Shown here: in pieces, positions 18,575 through 27,600 of the stretch
Numbering within the stretch: position 1 is the stretch's first letter
Layout: every line of letters starts with the position of its first letter
Virus record (IMG/VR): IMGVR_UViG_3300045997_000112
Span: 41,426-105,425 of that record
Origin: a virus
Strand: one strand, 5' to 3'
DNA length: 64,000 nt
Notes under the pieces: generated by a model
Told to the model about the DNA's origin: nothing
What the model saw: the letters and a program-made list of their open reading frames with translations, nothing else
The model's database searches: none
Position numbers and translations under genes: made by a program

Positions 18575-18728
18575 TCCGCCACTCCCTCTCTGCTATCCGG
18601 TAGGCAGCCCATGCCACCCACTCCCTGCGCTCCCTGATGGTCAGGGCCTTGCACTCACTCGGTGTCCAGCGGTAGATCTTGGTGATCGCCTCGATCTCCT
18701 CGAACAGCGACCCGTACTCAGAGTGGAA
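18567..18728 (-). CDS. tail assembly chaperone C-terminal extension (via probable +1 frameshift)
   Basis: FHSEYGSLFEEIEAITKIYRWTPSECKALTIRERREWVAWAA...; no ATG/GTG/TTG start near its 5' end; overlaps end of 18718-19485 at TTTC. Confidence 0.75.
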   Translation of the reverse strand, partial: FHSEYGSLFEEIEAITKIYRWTPSECKALTIRERREWVAWAAYRIAEREWRNG

Positions 18729-19485
18729 ACAGATCTCCGACCGTCAGGACGGCGGAGACCTCCTTCCCGCAGGACGGACAGTTCGCCGTCGTGAGGTCGA
18801 ACCGGGGTCCCACCACGTTCTTCTGGATTGCCTCCACCAGCTCCTTCCGGTCCCGCACCGACAGGGTCCGAGCGGCATCCCCCAACAGTGGGATCCCATC
18901 CAGCTCATCGACGCACCGGTTGATCAGCACCGTCCGGAACTCCGCCTGGTTGTCCATGTCCGCGTGCGCCAGGGCCTCCTGCACATCTCCCTTGGGCCAG
19001 TGGCACGAGGCCAACTTCCCCGACTTGAGCCGGATGTCGAAGTACCCCTCCCTCGGTGACCCCAGGACGACGGACAGATCGTTGAGGTCGTAGTCGATCT
19101 CGTTGTTCTCCGAGCAGAAGGGACAGGCCAGGTCGATGACGACATTGGCGCCCCAGGTGCACCGACTGATCCCCACGAGGATGGCCAGACGATCGCCGAG
19201 GAACAGCTCCCGGAGCAGCGCCGGAGATGAAGGCTCATCCCCGATCCGAACAGTGGCGCGCTCCAAGATTGTGAGCAGCGCGGCCCCGATGGTCTTGGAC
19301 CGCGCCACCGCCTCCTCGTCGAATCCGTTCAGTTCCCTCACCTGCACTCGAGTGACAACCCCGGCCGGTGTCTGAAGCCCCACGGGGAGCTCGAGCCAGT
19401 CCGGCTCGGGCGCCATCGGGATGGGGGTCTCAGGCTTGGTTGCCGCTTCGATCGCCTGCAGGTCCTCTTCAATGCCAGTGGACAA
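18718..19485 (-). CDS. tail assembly chaperone (T4 gp26-like, Zn ribbons)
   Basis: VRELNGFDEE, CPFC and CPSC, between tube and TMP. Confidence 0.8.
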   Translation of the reverse strand: MSTGIEEDLQAIEAATKPETPIPMAPEPDWLELPVGLQTPAGVVTRVQVRELNGFDEEAVARSKTIGAALLTILERATVRIGDEPSSPALLRELFLGDRLAILVGISRCTWGANVVIDLACPFCSENNEIDYDLNDLSVVLGSPREGYFDIRLKSGKLASCHWPKGDVQEALAHADMDNQAEFRTVLINRCVDELDGIPLLGDAARTLSVRDRKELVEAIQKNVVGPRFDLTTANCPSCGKEVSAVLTVGDLFPL

Positions 19486-19504
19486 CGGATTCTCCTAGAT
19501 GTGG

Positions 19505-20143
19505 TTAGACATCCCCACGCGGAATGGCATTCCATGTCGGGTCTGTTGAGCTGATGGGCTTTGCCCATTCAACACTAAGCCCCTCGTGGACCAGCGTGAT
19601 CTGCTCGACCAGCACGGCGTTGTCGGCCGCGTTGAGGTCGGAGTAGGAGATGTTCGTGATCCAGGAGTTCATGAGGTAGAACTTCTGGACCACCGGATCG
19701 TTGCCCCGGCCATCGTTGTAGCCCCGGTCATTGATCAGCGGCTGTGGGTGCCCGAGCACCGAGATGCTCACCGTGCACCGGAAGTTGCCGGTCAGCACCC
19801 CGGAGTCGGCCTTCTTGCCGTAGCCGACGTCGAAGAGCTGCTGGAACCACTTCCAGTTCTGGGCGCTGCCAAGGTTGACGCCGCGCTGGAGGCTGACCGG
19901 GGAGAAGGTCTGCTGACCCGGGAGGTAGTGGACCGTGGTGTTGAACCCACCCTCGCGGTACGGGATCGCCTCCGTGGTCATGGCCAGACCGGAGACCGCC
20001 ATGAAGCCCAGCGTGGCGCTGAACTTCACCGCGTCCTTCAGGGCGTCGTCCGGCGGGGTGAACTTCACGATGAACCGGAAGTTCCGGATGGGGTCAGACG
20101 CCGCGTGCGACCTCTGGTTCAAGTAGAGCTGCTGAGTGGCCAT
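19505..20143 (-). CDS. tail tube protein (gp19-like)
   Basis: DPIRNFRF, GFMAVSGL, YREGG, LPGQ, SDLNA, EQITLVHEG. Confidence 0.95.
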   Translation of the reverse strand: MATQQLYLNQRSHAASDPIRNFRFIVKFTPPDDALKDAVKFSATLGFMAVSGLAMTTEAIPYREGGFNTTVHYLPGQQTFSPVSLQRGVNLGSAQNWKWFQQLFDVGYGKKADSGVLTGNFRCTVSISVLGHPQPLINDRGYNDGRGNDPVVQKFYLMNSWITNISYSDLNAADNAVLVEQITLVHEGLSVEWAKPISSTDPTWNAIPRGDV

Positions 20144-20153
20144 TCGCTATCTC

Positions 20154-21740
20154 CTAGTCGACTCGGACCGAGGTCTGGTTGTGGGTGAGCTTGATGACGA
20201 TGAACTCGGCCGGGTACTCGATGGCCACGCCCACCTCGATGTGCACCTCGCCTGCCGCGATGGTGTTCGAGTTGTTGTTGGTGCCGTCGCAGAGGACATA
20301 GAACGCCTCGTACTCCCGCGCGCCCCGGAGCGCACCCTGCTGGTAGTACAGGCCGAGGAAGTTCTCGAGCCGAATGTTGATGGTCTCCCACAGGTCCGGG
20401 CCATTGACCTCGAACACCGCGAACTCGGTGAGCGCCTGCAACCGCGAGCGGATGTAGGAGAACGACCGGCGCACGCCCACGTACCGATCGGCGTGGGTCT
20501 GGTCCAGCGTGCGGCCGCCCATGATGCACGGGCCGACGCCGGTGACCACCCGGATCGGGTTGACCGGGTGGATGAGCGTGTTCAGCTCGTCCAGCTGCGG
20601 GTTGGTGAACCGGTAGGCCGGGGTCACGATGCCCCGGATCCCCGCCGTGACCCCGGCCGGGGTCTTCCACATGCCGTAGCTGGCGTCGTTGGAGGCGAAC
20701 ACCCCGAGCACCGCACCGCCGCAGGGAGCCTGGCGGCGAATGTTGTTGGGGCCCGCTGCCGGGTCGTTGATGATGACCGGCGGGTAGTACGCGGCCGAGT
20801 AGGCGTTCTTGTCGTTCAGGTCGTTGACCCAGTCCGCCACGTTGCTGACGCTGGAGCCCAGGTCAGGGGTGTCGATGACGTGGAACGAGTCGCCCCGCTC
20901 CTTGCAGTACTGCGAGACCAGCGCCAGGTCGGCCTGGTTCCAGTGGCCGGAGTACGAGATGGCCAGCGCGCCCTCGTAGAAGTCCAGGGAGTGCAGCGTC
21001 TCGGCCAGGTCGGCCGGGTTCTGTCCGTCGCTGCCGCCCCGGAGGACGACCTCACGGTTGTCCGTGATCTCCAGCTTCCCGGCCCCAACCTTGAGGTCGA
21101 TGTACGACGAGGCGCCGGTGACGACGAACTCGGCGTAGCGCCGATCGGTCTGATCCAGGCTCAGCCCGGGGAAGCGCTCGACGACCTGGTCGACGCCGTA
21201 CTTGTCCTTCAGCGAGACGACGACCTCCAGCGTGCCCACGCCATACCCGGACGGGGTCTTGAAGTCGGCGTTGGTGAAGTCGGCCGGGTCGAACGGACCG
21301 GCGACGCCGTAGTTGCCCGACAGCGTGACCTTCAGCCGGTCTCCCCACAGTCCGGGGGCGATCGCCGTCGCGCTCACAACCACCTGACCAGTGGTGTCGA
21401 GGATCTCCCCACGGGAGAACTCGGCGTCCCGGTTGGCCACGCGGAGCACGGTCAGCGGGGAGCCCCCGGCCGAGCCGTTGGCGAAGAACAGGAACGCGGC
21501 GTCCACCGAGGCGTTCCGTCGATGCCCGAACGCAGTCCGGGGCTGGTTGTCGACCCAGTCCCCGAAGATGGTGCGGAACTCGTGCCACGACCCCACCGTG
21601 GTGGGGATGACGGGACCCCGGTCGAGGTCGGCCAGCAGCACGGCCCGGGAGGCGAGGTTGGAGGTGAACCCGGTGTCACGAGGAGCCTGAACCTCCGTGA
21701 TTGTGACCCCGGGACGCCCGTAGGTGTTGGTCATGTTCAT
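20154..21740 (-). CDS. tail sheath protein
   Basis: PGVTITE, AAYYP, WKTPAG, VNPIR, GGRTL, YVGVRR, AVFEVN, PAEFIVI. Confidence 0.97.
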   Translation of the reverse strand: MNMTNTYGRPGVTITEVQAPRDTGFTSNLASRAVLLADLDRGPVIPTTVGSWHEFRTIFGDWVDNQPRTAFGHRRNASVDAAFLFFANGSAGGSPLTVLRVANRDAEFSRGEILDTTGQVVVSATAIAPGLWGDRLKVTLSGNYGVAGPFDPADFTNADFKTPSGYGVGTLEVVVSLKDKYGVDQVVERFPGLSLDQTDRRYAEFVVTGASSYIDLKVGAGKLEITDNREVVLRGGSDGQNPADLAETLHSLDFYEGALAISYSGHWNQADLALVSQYCKERGDSFHVIDTPDLGSSVSNVADWVNDLNDKNAYSAAYYPPVIINDPAAGPNNIRRQAPCGGAVLGVFASNDASYGMWKTPAGVTAGIRGIVTPAYRFTNPQLDELNTLIHPVNPIRVVTGVGPCIMGGRTLDQTHADRYVGVRRSFSYIRSRLQALTEFAVFEVNGPDLWETINIRLENFLGLYYQQGALRGAREYEAFYVLCDGTNNNSNTIAAGEVHIEVGVAIEYPAEFIVIKLTHNQTSVRVD

Positions 21741-22543
21741 ACTCCTTCGTAGGGGTCGATTTCCTCAGGACGCTCATTGATCCACCCGCCCTTGATGACG
21801 GTGGGTCCGTACTCCGGGTCACGCTCGCGCATGAACAGGGTGCCGAGGACCCGCAGGACGTCTGCGCCCTCGACCACCAGCACGTCACCGGCGGGCATGA
21901 ACGAGTCCACCCGGACGGTGAACACGCTCATGAACAGTCGCTTGCCCATCTCCATGGTCTCGGAGTGGCCAACATTGAGCAGCTCCATCCGGCGGTTGGT
22001 GCCGTCGATGTCGGCCATCGGCAGCCACGAGTACCTGTAGTTGAGCTTCCGGCTCAGGAACTGGCCGATGATCTCCCGGTCATGACGGGGGTGCCTCGAG
22101 TACGCCCGGACGGTGTAGTCGATCTGCACCGGGATGGGCTTCTCCGCGAACATCTTCAGCGGGTAGGAGCTCTTGTCGTACCAGATGTCGTTCCAGAGCC
22201 CAGCTCCGTTGTAGACCTGCCCGTCCTCCCCGACGAAGGCACTCTCCGGGAGGGCCCAGAGCGGGACGCTCGCGTTCTCCCAGGTCCGCACGCCGGACAT
22301 GGTCCGGTTGCTGGCCTCGGTGATGTCGATGAGCGAGATGATCATGTACGGGTAGCGCTGCTCCCGGATCTCCCGATCAGGATGGCCGAACCAGACCCCA
22401 ACCTTGCGCGGGTTGCCCGTGGCATCCCAGACCTGCAGGGCGGGCTCCTTCAGGTACCGATGCAGTGCCCGGTCCTCATCGAGGACGAAGCCCTCGGACA
22501 GGTTGGGGTACAGCGGCGCCTGGAACTTCTCGGGGATCCTCAC
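21737..22543 (-). CDS. tail terminator / sheath stabiliser-like protein
   Basis: Upstream of sheath; YPYMIISLIDI, PIPVQIDYTV motifs. Confidence 0.65.
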   Translation of the reverse strand: MRIPEKFQAPLYPNLSEGFVLDEDRALHRYLKEPALQVWDATGNPRKVGVWFGHPDREIREQRYPYMIISLIDITEASNRTMSGVRTWENASVPLWALPESAFVGEDGQVYNGAGLWNDIWYDKSSYPLKMFAEKPIPVQIDYTVRAYSRHPRHDREIIGQFLSRKLNYRYSWLPMADIDGTNRRMELLNVGHSETMEMGKRLFMSVFTVRVDSFMPAGDVLVVEGADVLRVLGTLFMRERDPEYGPTVIKGGWINERPEEIDPYEGV

Positions 22544-22956
22544 ATCATCACCGCCAACTGGGAGTCGACGAGTGCCTGATCCTCAGACAGCCGGTCGAGC
22601 TCGAGCGCGTGGGCGTTGGTCCACCGCTGGATGGCGCCCTTCAGCTCTGACTCGTACTCGTAGAACGCGACCTTCTCGTGCAGGTACCGAGGAGCCATCG
22701 GGACGTAGCTCAGGCCGTCGAACATGATCCGCACCCGGAAGGCGATCTCCGAGGGCCAACCGTTGGCGACGAGATGCCCGAACAGGCTGTGCTCGAGACG
22801 CTGGTCCTCCCGAATGTTGGAGAGCCGGTCGAGCGTGCTGGTCTGGGACATGGACCGGAACTCACGGATTCGGTCCTGGATGAGCAGGTAGTCGGAGCCG
22901 TCGGGGACATCTTCAGGCACGAGCTCGGGCGCGCTACCGCCGAAGTCCTGTGCCAT
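22540..22956 (-). CDS. hypothetical neck/tail-associated protein
   Basis: ORF with GC3 bias in structural operon. Confidence 0.7.
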   Translation of the reverse strand: MAQDFGGSAPELVPEDVPDGSDYLLIQDRIREFRSMSQTSTLDRLSNIREDQRLEHSLFGHLVANGWPSEIAFRVRIMFDGLSYVPMAPRYLHEKVAFYEYESELKGAIQRWTNAHALELDRLSEDQALVDSQLAVMM

Positions 22957-23012
22957 GGCCACGCTCCGCATCTACAGCGATGGGCCGACCGCAGTGCCCG
23001 CCCAACGAGATC

Positions 23013-23041
23013 AGCGTATTGGCCCAACAGTGGGATGTCAG
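23013..23041 (-). promoter_or_regulatory. sigmaA-like promoter CTGACA-N17-TACGCT
   Basis: -35 at 23036-23041, -10 at 23013-23018; CCCAACAGTGGG lies in the spacer. Confidence 0.55.
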
Positions 23042-23043
23042 GG

Positions 23044-23751
23044 CTATCCCTCGTAGATGTCGTGCTCGTAGACCACATGGGCGCCCCAGCGCGGGATCTG
23101 CTCCACCACGTCGATCTCGCGCCTCGTGGTGTCGAAGTCGTCCGGGTCGAAGTCCTGGCTGAACTCCGATGGAGGCGGGAACACCTCGGACTCGAACTCC
23201 CGAGGAGCGAACTCGTCCGAGAACGGTGCCGGGTACACCCGGGTGCCATTGAACTGCGGATCGTTGACGACCTCTTCGTCCTTGATCTGCTCGGCCTCCA
23301 CCTGGATGACCACCATGTCGTGCTGGACGTGGCCTTTGGGATAGATCGTGGTCGGCTGGAACAGGGCGCCCCGGTACTCGATGCGGTCGAGCAGGTGCTT
23401 GTCCGGCTCCATCACAATGTTGGGCAGGTACGGCAGGACCTCCGGGGTGTTGATCACCAGGCGCAGGAAGTCGACCGTGTACATGCCCCGCTCGTTGTGG
23501 CCGCCGGGGCCCTGCTCGATGGTGGCCAGCACGACGGGGAGCTCGATCGGCGTGAACCAGACCCGCCCACGGTTCCAGTAGTCGCCCACGTCATAGGTGG
23601 GATCGACATGGGTGCCATCGGGGTTGAACACCCACCACAGCACGGACTGCCCCACCGGGTTCTGCAGATCCTGGGTGATGCCCTGCCCGATGGACTCCAC
23701 CTCGAAGGTCGTGGTGAAGCGGCCCGTCAGGTTGCCGCCGCCGCCCCTCAC
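23044..23751 (-). CDS. head closure / neck protein
   Basis: GTG start overlapping upstream stop; DRIEYRGALF motif; acidic C-tail with FSDEF and FSQDFDPDDF. Confidence 0.65.
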   Translation of the reverse strand: MRGGGGNLTGRFTTTFEVESIGQGITQDLQNPVGQSVLWWVFNPDGTHVDPTYDVGDYWNRGRVWFTPIELPVVLATIEQGPGGHNERGMYTVDFLRLVINTPEVLPYLPNIVMEPDKHLLDRIEYRGALFQPTTIYPKGHVQHDMVVIQVEAEQIKDEEVVNDPQFNGTRVYPAPFSDEFAPREFESEVFPPPSEFSQDFDPDDFDTTRREIDVVEQIPRWGAHVVYEHDIYEG

Positions 23752-24935
23752 AGCCCGGGCCCTGCGGGCTGGGGAACCCACGAGGCACCGGTACTGATCG
23801 GCGTCACACCCGGCTCGATGGCCAGGCTGGGCTCGTCGTAGTCGGTCATGCGCGGGACGGTCACATCCTTGGGCACGTACAGCCACCCGCCCACCAAGGT
23901 TGTGATCACCCGCTTCTCGAAGTCATCCCCGAAGTCAGAGCTGAGTCCTCCGCCATCGGGCGGGAGCTCCATCTGCAGGTCCCAGACCATGTTCTCCGGG
24001 AACTGCTCGGACCGGTTGGCCGGGAGGGTGAGCACGACGTTGTGCTCGTCCACCCGGGTGACGCCGAACTCAGCCACGATGACGCTCGAGCCCCGGTAGC
24101 GCTTGATGTGCGCGCGCAGCCGGGCCTTCTCGGGGATGTAGGTCTCGATCTTGATGGGCTCCACCACGGTGTCGCCCCGCAGCATGGTGATGTCGTGGTT
24201 GGGGATCCCGTCGTCCACGATCTTGCCGCCGTACGTCGGGATGGGCAGCCGCACCCGCTGAGGCATCGAACGGTCGTCGATCTCCTGCGGCCGGAAGACG
24301 GGCACGTACCGGTTGGTGCGCTTGGAGATCCGCCGGAAGGTGAAGACCTCCAGCGCGTACATCCCAACATTGAGGTTGGAGGAGAGGTCCCGGTAGCGGG
24401 CCTCCAGCAGCTGGAGCAGCTCGTACAGCTGGCGGTACCGCTCGGACCGAGGGATGTTGACGCCGTCGGGAGCGTTGATGTCGATGTCGTATGAGGCATC
24501 GGTGAGCAGCACGTACAGGCACTGGATGGCGCAGAGGATCTGCAGCGGGAGGTCCTCGAGCGGCTCAAGGTTGTACAGGGTGAGCGTCCGACCCAAAACG
24601 TCCGTCCGGTTGGCCGTGTGCATCTCGAACGAGTCCTGGCAGATCTTCTCCAGCTCACTGTCGGTGAAGAACCGGGTGTGCACTCCAGCAGCGGCGATCG
24701 TCACGCCCTTCTTCGGCGGGTGATCAAAGATCAGGGTTCCGGTGTGCTCCTCGACTGCCACATCCTCGGAGACTTCAACCCCATCCAGGTGCACTGCCAC
24801 CGAGTTGGCGCGGACGGGCGAGTAGTCCAGGGTGTACCGGTTGGTCCCGCCAACGGCAACGATCGTCTGCAGGAACGACTTCTCCGGATCGGAGATCTGG
24901 CGCCGCACGGCGAACAGCAGGTCTGACATCTCCAT
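23748..24935 (-). CDS. head-tail adaptor / neck protein
   Basis: VRRQISDP...FFTDSELE pattern of head-to-tail adaptors; C-terminal RGDT...VWDLQ domain. Confidence 0.7.
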   Translation of the reverse strand: MEMSDLLFAVRRQISDPEKSFLQTIVAVGGTNRYTLDYSPVRANSVAVHLDGVEVSEDVAVEEHTGTLIFDHPPKKGVTIAAAGVHTRFFTDSELEKICQDSFEMHTANRTDVLGRTLTLYNLEPLEDLPLQILCAIQCLYVLLTDASYDIDINAPDGVNIPRSERYRQLYELLQLLEARYRDLSSNLNVGMYALEVFTFRRISKRTNRYVPVFRPQEIDDRSMPQRVRLPIPTYGGKIVDDGIPNHDITMLRGDTVVEPIKIETYIPEKARLRAHIKRYRGSSVIVAEFGVTRVDEHNVVLTLPANRSEQFPENMVWDLQMELPPDGGGLSSDFGDDFEKRVITTLVGGWLYVPKDVTVPRMTDYDEPSLAIEPGVTPISTGASWVPQPAGPGL

Positions 24936-24986
24936 GCCGCCCATCATCCCTCAGACGACGGGCCCCATGGGGGCCTTACATGGATG

Positions 24987-25014
24987 AGGACCCGGTGCGT
25001 CAACACCGGGTCCT
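24987..25014. terminator. stem-loop downstream of Acb2-like gene
   Basis: 11-bp perfect stem AGGACCCGGTG/CACCGGGTCCT; no clear U-tract. Confidence 0.4.
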
Positions 25015-25094
25015 GCCCAAGGGCCTCGTCTATCCAACTCGCCAAAGTCCGACCCCGGGCTTTCACCCACCCTTGTCTAGAAGGCGGACACAGC

Positions 25095-25328
25095 CTACTC
25101 CCGGTAGGCCACCGCTGCGTTGAGCCACATCATTGACTCCTGCAAGGCAGTGAGCGCGAGGCTCCGCTCCCGGCAGTCCGGGATGTTCTCCAGGATCCAC
25201 GCGGCGAACTGCCGGGACTCCGCGCGCACCGCGTCATGACGCGGACCCGTCTGGGGTGTGGCCGGATGGAAGGTGAAGCGCTGCAGCACCTCGAAGCCCG
25301 GGTTCAGCGGGGAGAGCCTCTCCTCCAT
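25095..25328 (-). CDS. Acb2/Tad1-like helical-hairpin protein (putative anti-CBASS/Thoeris nucleotide sponge)
   Basis: RFTFHP...VR...A..I....PDCRERSLALTALQESMMWLNAAVA. Confidence 0.7.
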   Translation of the reverse strand: MEERLSPLNPGFEVLQRFTFHPATPQTGPRHDAVRAESRQFAAWILENIPDCRERSLALTALQESMMWLNAAVAYRE

Positions 25329-25329
25329 G

Positions 25330-25911
25330 TCATGTTCCTCTCGTCAGGAGAGCTTGATGAATGGCCCGATGCGTGACCCCGAACTCACGTCCGAGCGCCC
25401 GCAGGCTCATCCCACCTTCTCTCAGTTCTCGGAGCCGAGGTAGGTCCTCGTCCCGAATCTTGGTCGCATGGTGCTGGTTGCCCCTAGGGACGTTGCCGTC
25501 CTTCTCACGATCGTCCATGTTGTCCTGTGGAGTGCCCGCCCGAAGGTGGTCCGGGTTCACACATCGGCGGTTGTCCTTGCACGAGTGCAGGACCATCTTG
25601 CCCTCAGGTACCTCACCCTTGTGAAGCCGATAGGAGTAGACGTGCGCGCGTTTGGACTGTCCCGCGCCCGCCGCGAACTCACCGTACCCGGAGGGCGTCA
25701 GCCGCCCGGTCCAGTTCCAGCAGGTTTCCGTCTTGTCGACTCGAACCCAGAATCGCTCCTCCGTGGAGAGCTTGGCGTAAGGGCGCTGAGAGGGAGGGGC
25801 ACCCGCAGTCCCGTACCGACCCCGATGCTTGGGGCACATCCCCCGGTTCAGTCTCCATGAACCGGGGGAAGAGCAGTCACCGTCGTCTTCGTGGATACAT
25901 ACCCTAACCAT
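25330..25911 (-). CDS. HNH homing endonuclease
   Basis: RFWVRVDK.ETCWNWTG...GYG...AHVYSY...VLHSC.DNRRCVNPDHLRAGTPQDNMDD; C-terminal HTH. Confidence 0.92.
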   Translation of the reverse strand: MVRVCIHEDDGDCSSPGSWRLNRGMCPKHRGRYGTAGAPPSQRPYAKLSTEERFWVRVDKTETCWNWTGRLTPSGYGEFAAGAGQSKRAHVYSYRLHKGEVPEGKMVLHSCKDNRRCVNPDHLRAGTPQDNMDDREKDGNVPRGNQHHATKIRDEDLPRLRELREGGMSLRALGREFGVTHRAIHQALLTRGT

Positions 25912-25930
25912 GAGGTATGTATATCACATC

Positions 25931-26314
25931 CTACATACGACCTAAGAGGTACCCGCACTGGTCCAGATGGTCGGCGACATGCTTGTCGACCTTGTACTTC
26001 TGGCCCGCCTTGAACGTGTAGTGGTTGCCGACACCGAGGACCATGTCATCGATGTCCTCGATGACGCGAATGATCACCTGACCGTCCTCCTTCTTGCCGG
26101 TGACCGGAGACATGATCTCCATCTCCACCACCTCGAAGGCACCGAGGCTCTCGTTGGTCTTGGGGTCGAACACGTCGGTCTCGATGATCTCCATCTCGGC
26201 CTGCTGGGCGAGGGCGATCTGGTCCTTGCGCGCGAGCAGCTCTTCCTGCGCGGCAGCGGCCGCCTGCTCCGACTGACGCCCGGTGAAGTCTCCAGGGGAC
26301 TTACGTGTTGCCAT
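25931..26314 (-). CDS. hypothetical head-associated protein
   Basis: GAGGAG RBS; FKAGQKYKV...VADHL motif; after major capsid. Confidence 0.75.
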   Translation of the reverse strand: MATRKSPGDFTGRQSEQAAAAAQEELLARKDQIALAQQAEMEIIETDVFDPKTNESLGAFEVVEMEIMSPVTGKKEDGQVIIRVIEDIDDMVLGVGNHYTFKAGQKYKVDKHVADHLDQCGYLLGRM

Positions 26315-26372
26315 GCGTTTCTCCTCTATTGGGGGGACAAGAGGATGCTACATGGGTCCATAGAGCATTGGG

Positions 26373-26445
26373 CTCCCCCGCATGGACTCGAACCACGCAC
26401 CTCTCCCGTAACAGGGGAGCGCTCTGCCAGATGAGCTACAGGGGA
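26373..26445 (-). tRNA. trnN: tRNA-Asn (GTT)
   Basis: Cloverleaf: acceptor TCCCCTG/CGGGGGA, D arm GCTC/GAGC, anticodon stem CTCCC/GGGAG with loop CTGTTAC, T loop TTCGAGT. Confidence 0.93.
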
Positions 26446-26468
26446 TCAGGGTAGGCACACCATACACA

Positions 26469-26503
26469 TGAAGAAGCCCCGAGGGCCGCCTCGGGGCTCT
26501 TCA
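26469..26503 (-). terminator. intrinsic terminator after major capsid gene
   Basis: GC stem AGCCCCGAGG/CCTCGGGGCT followed by pyrimidine run TCTTC on minus strand. Confidence 0.65.
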
Positions 26504-26587
26504 TTGGGGAAAGTGGTCCCCCGCTCCCCGTCCGGACTGGCGATCAACCCAGTCTCGACGGGGAGCGTTCCCGGCGCTACCGGGGGG

Positions 26588-27562
26588 CTAGTTGGTCTTG
26601 ATCCGGACGATCGCGTCGTCGGTGATCTTGCCCAGACCCCAGATGCTGTACCAGGCGAGGGCATGCTCTCGGCCGAAGTCGAGGATCCCGCCGTCGCGCA
26701 GCTCCACGGGGAGGCTGATCGCGTGACCGAACGCGTTGTCACCGATCACGATGGCGTCGTAGACGCCACCATTGTTGGCGACCTGGGTGGTCTCGATGAA
26801 GACCACGTCGTAGAGCCGGCCGATCTCGCCGATCATGAAGTTGCCCGGGGCCGCGTACTTCGAGACCTCGATGAACTCCGGCGTGTCGCGCAGGCGGCGG
26901 GACTGGTGCGGGTGCACGAAGCACACGTAGGTCTCGCCCAGACGCGGCATGTTCTTGCTGGCCAGGGTCTCCACGGCGTCCTTCACCGCGTGAGTGGTCA
27001 GGTTGAACGGATCGGTCGCCGTCCCGACGACCGTGGTGGCATCGCCGACCTCACCCGGGTCGTACCAGTTGTTGACGGCACCGAGCCCCTTGCGGTTGTA
27101 GCCGTAGACGACCGAGGTGCCGGTCATCAGCGTGTCGCGGGCCTGGGTGTCCAGGTACAGCGCCATGTTGCGGCCGAGCAGACGGGAGGCGGAGGCCATC
27201 ACGTCGTCGAACGAGGCGTTGAGCAGGAGCTCCGACACCGAGACGGCGAAGCCGTGCTCCGAGACCGTGATGCTGTACTGCGAGGCAGTCAGCGCCGAGG
27301 TCTGCATGCGGATGCCCTCGACCAGCGGCGTGGCGCTGGGGAGGTTGTTGTACCGCATGAAGTTGACGGTGAGGCCGGGGGCGACGCCGAGTTCGGTCTT
27401 CTTGACGGCGAACTGCTCGAACCGAAGGATCGGCATCGCCTGGAAGAGGATCTCCTTGGACCAGATGGTCTGGATCGCCTGGGTGAGCTGTGCGTTGGCG
27501 CCTGGGTAGGCGGTGGGGGCAGCGGCGAGATTGCCGGTACCGGTGATGGCTGAACCTGCCAT
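26588..27562 (-). CDS. major capsid protein (N4-gp56-like, HK97 fold)
   Basis: QAMPILRFEQFAVKKTELG, FVHPHQSRRLRD, GEIGRLYDVVFIET, LRDGGILDFGR; follows scaffold. Confidence 0.93.
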   Translation of the reverse strand: MAGSAITGTGNLAAAPTAYPGANAQLTQAIQTIWSKEILFQAMPILRFEQFAVKKTELGVAPGLTVNFMRYNNLPSATPLVEGIRMQTSALTASQYSITVSEHGFAVSVSELLLNASFDDVMASASRLLGRNMALYLDTQARDTLMTGTSVVYGYNRKGLGAVNNWYDPGEVGDATTVVGTATDPFNLTTHAVKDAVETLASKNMPRLGETYVCFVHPHQSRRLRDTPEFIEVSKYAAPGNFMIGEIGRLYDVVFIETTQVANNGGVYDAIVIGDNAFGHAISLPVELRDGGILDFGREHALAWYSIWGLGKITDDAIVRIKTN

Positions 27563-27600
27563 GAGGGACGACTCCTATGTCGAAGGAAGAAGAGTGGGGT

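Noticed and set aside
9757-21740. Stand-alone contractile injection system or tailocin
   Set aside because: Capsid, portal, terminase and replication genes are present, so this is a phage
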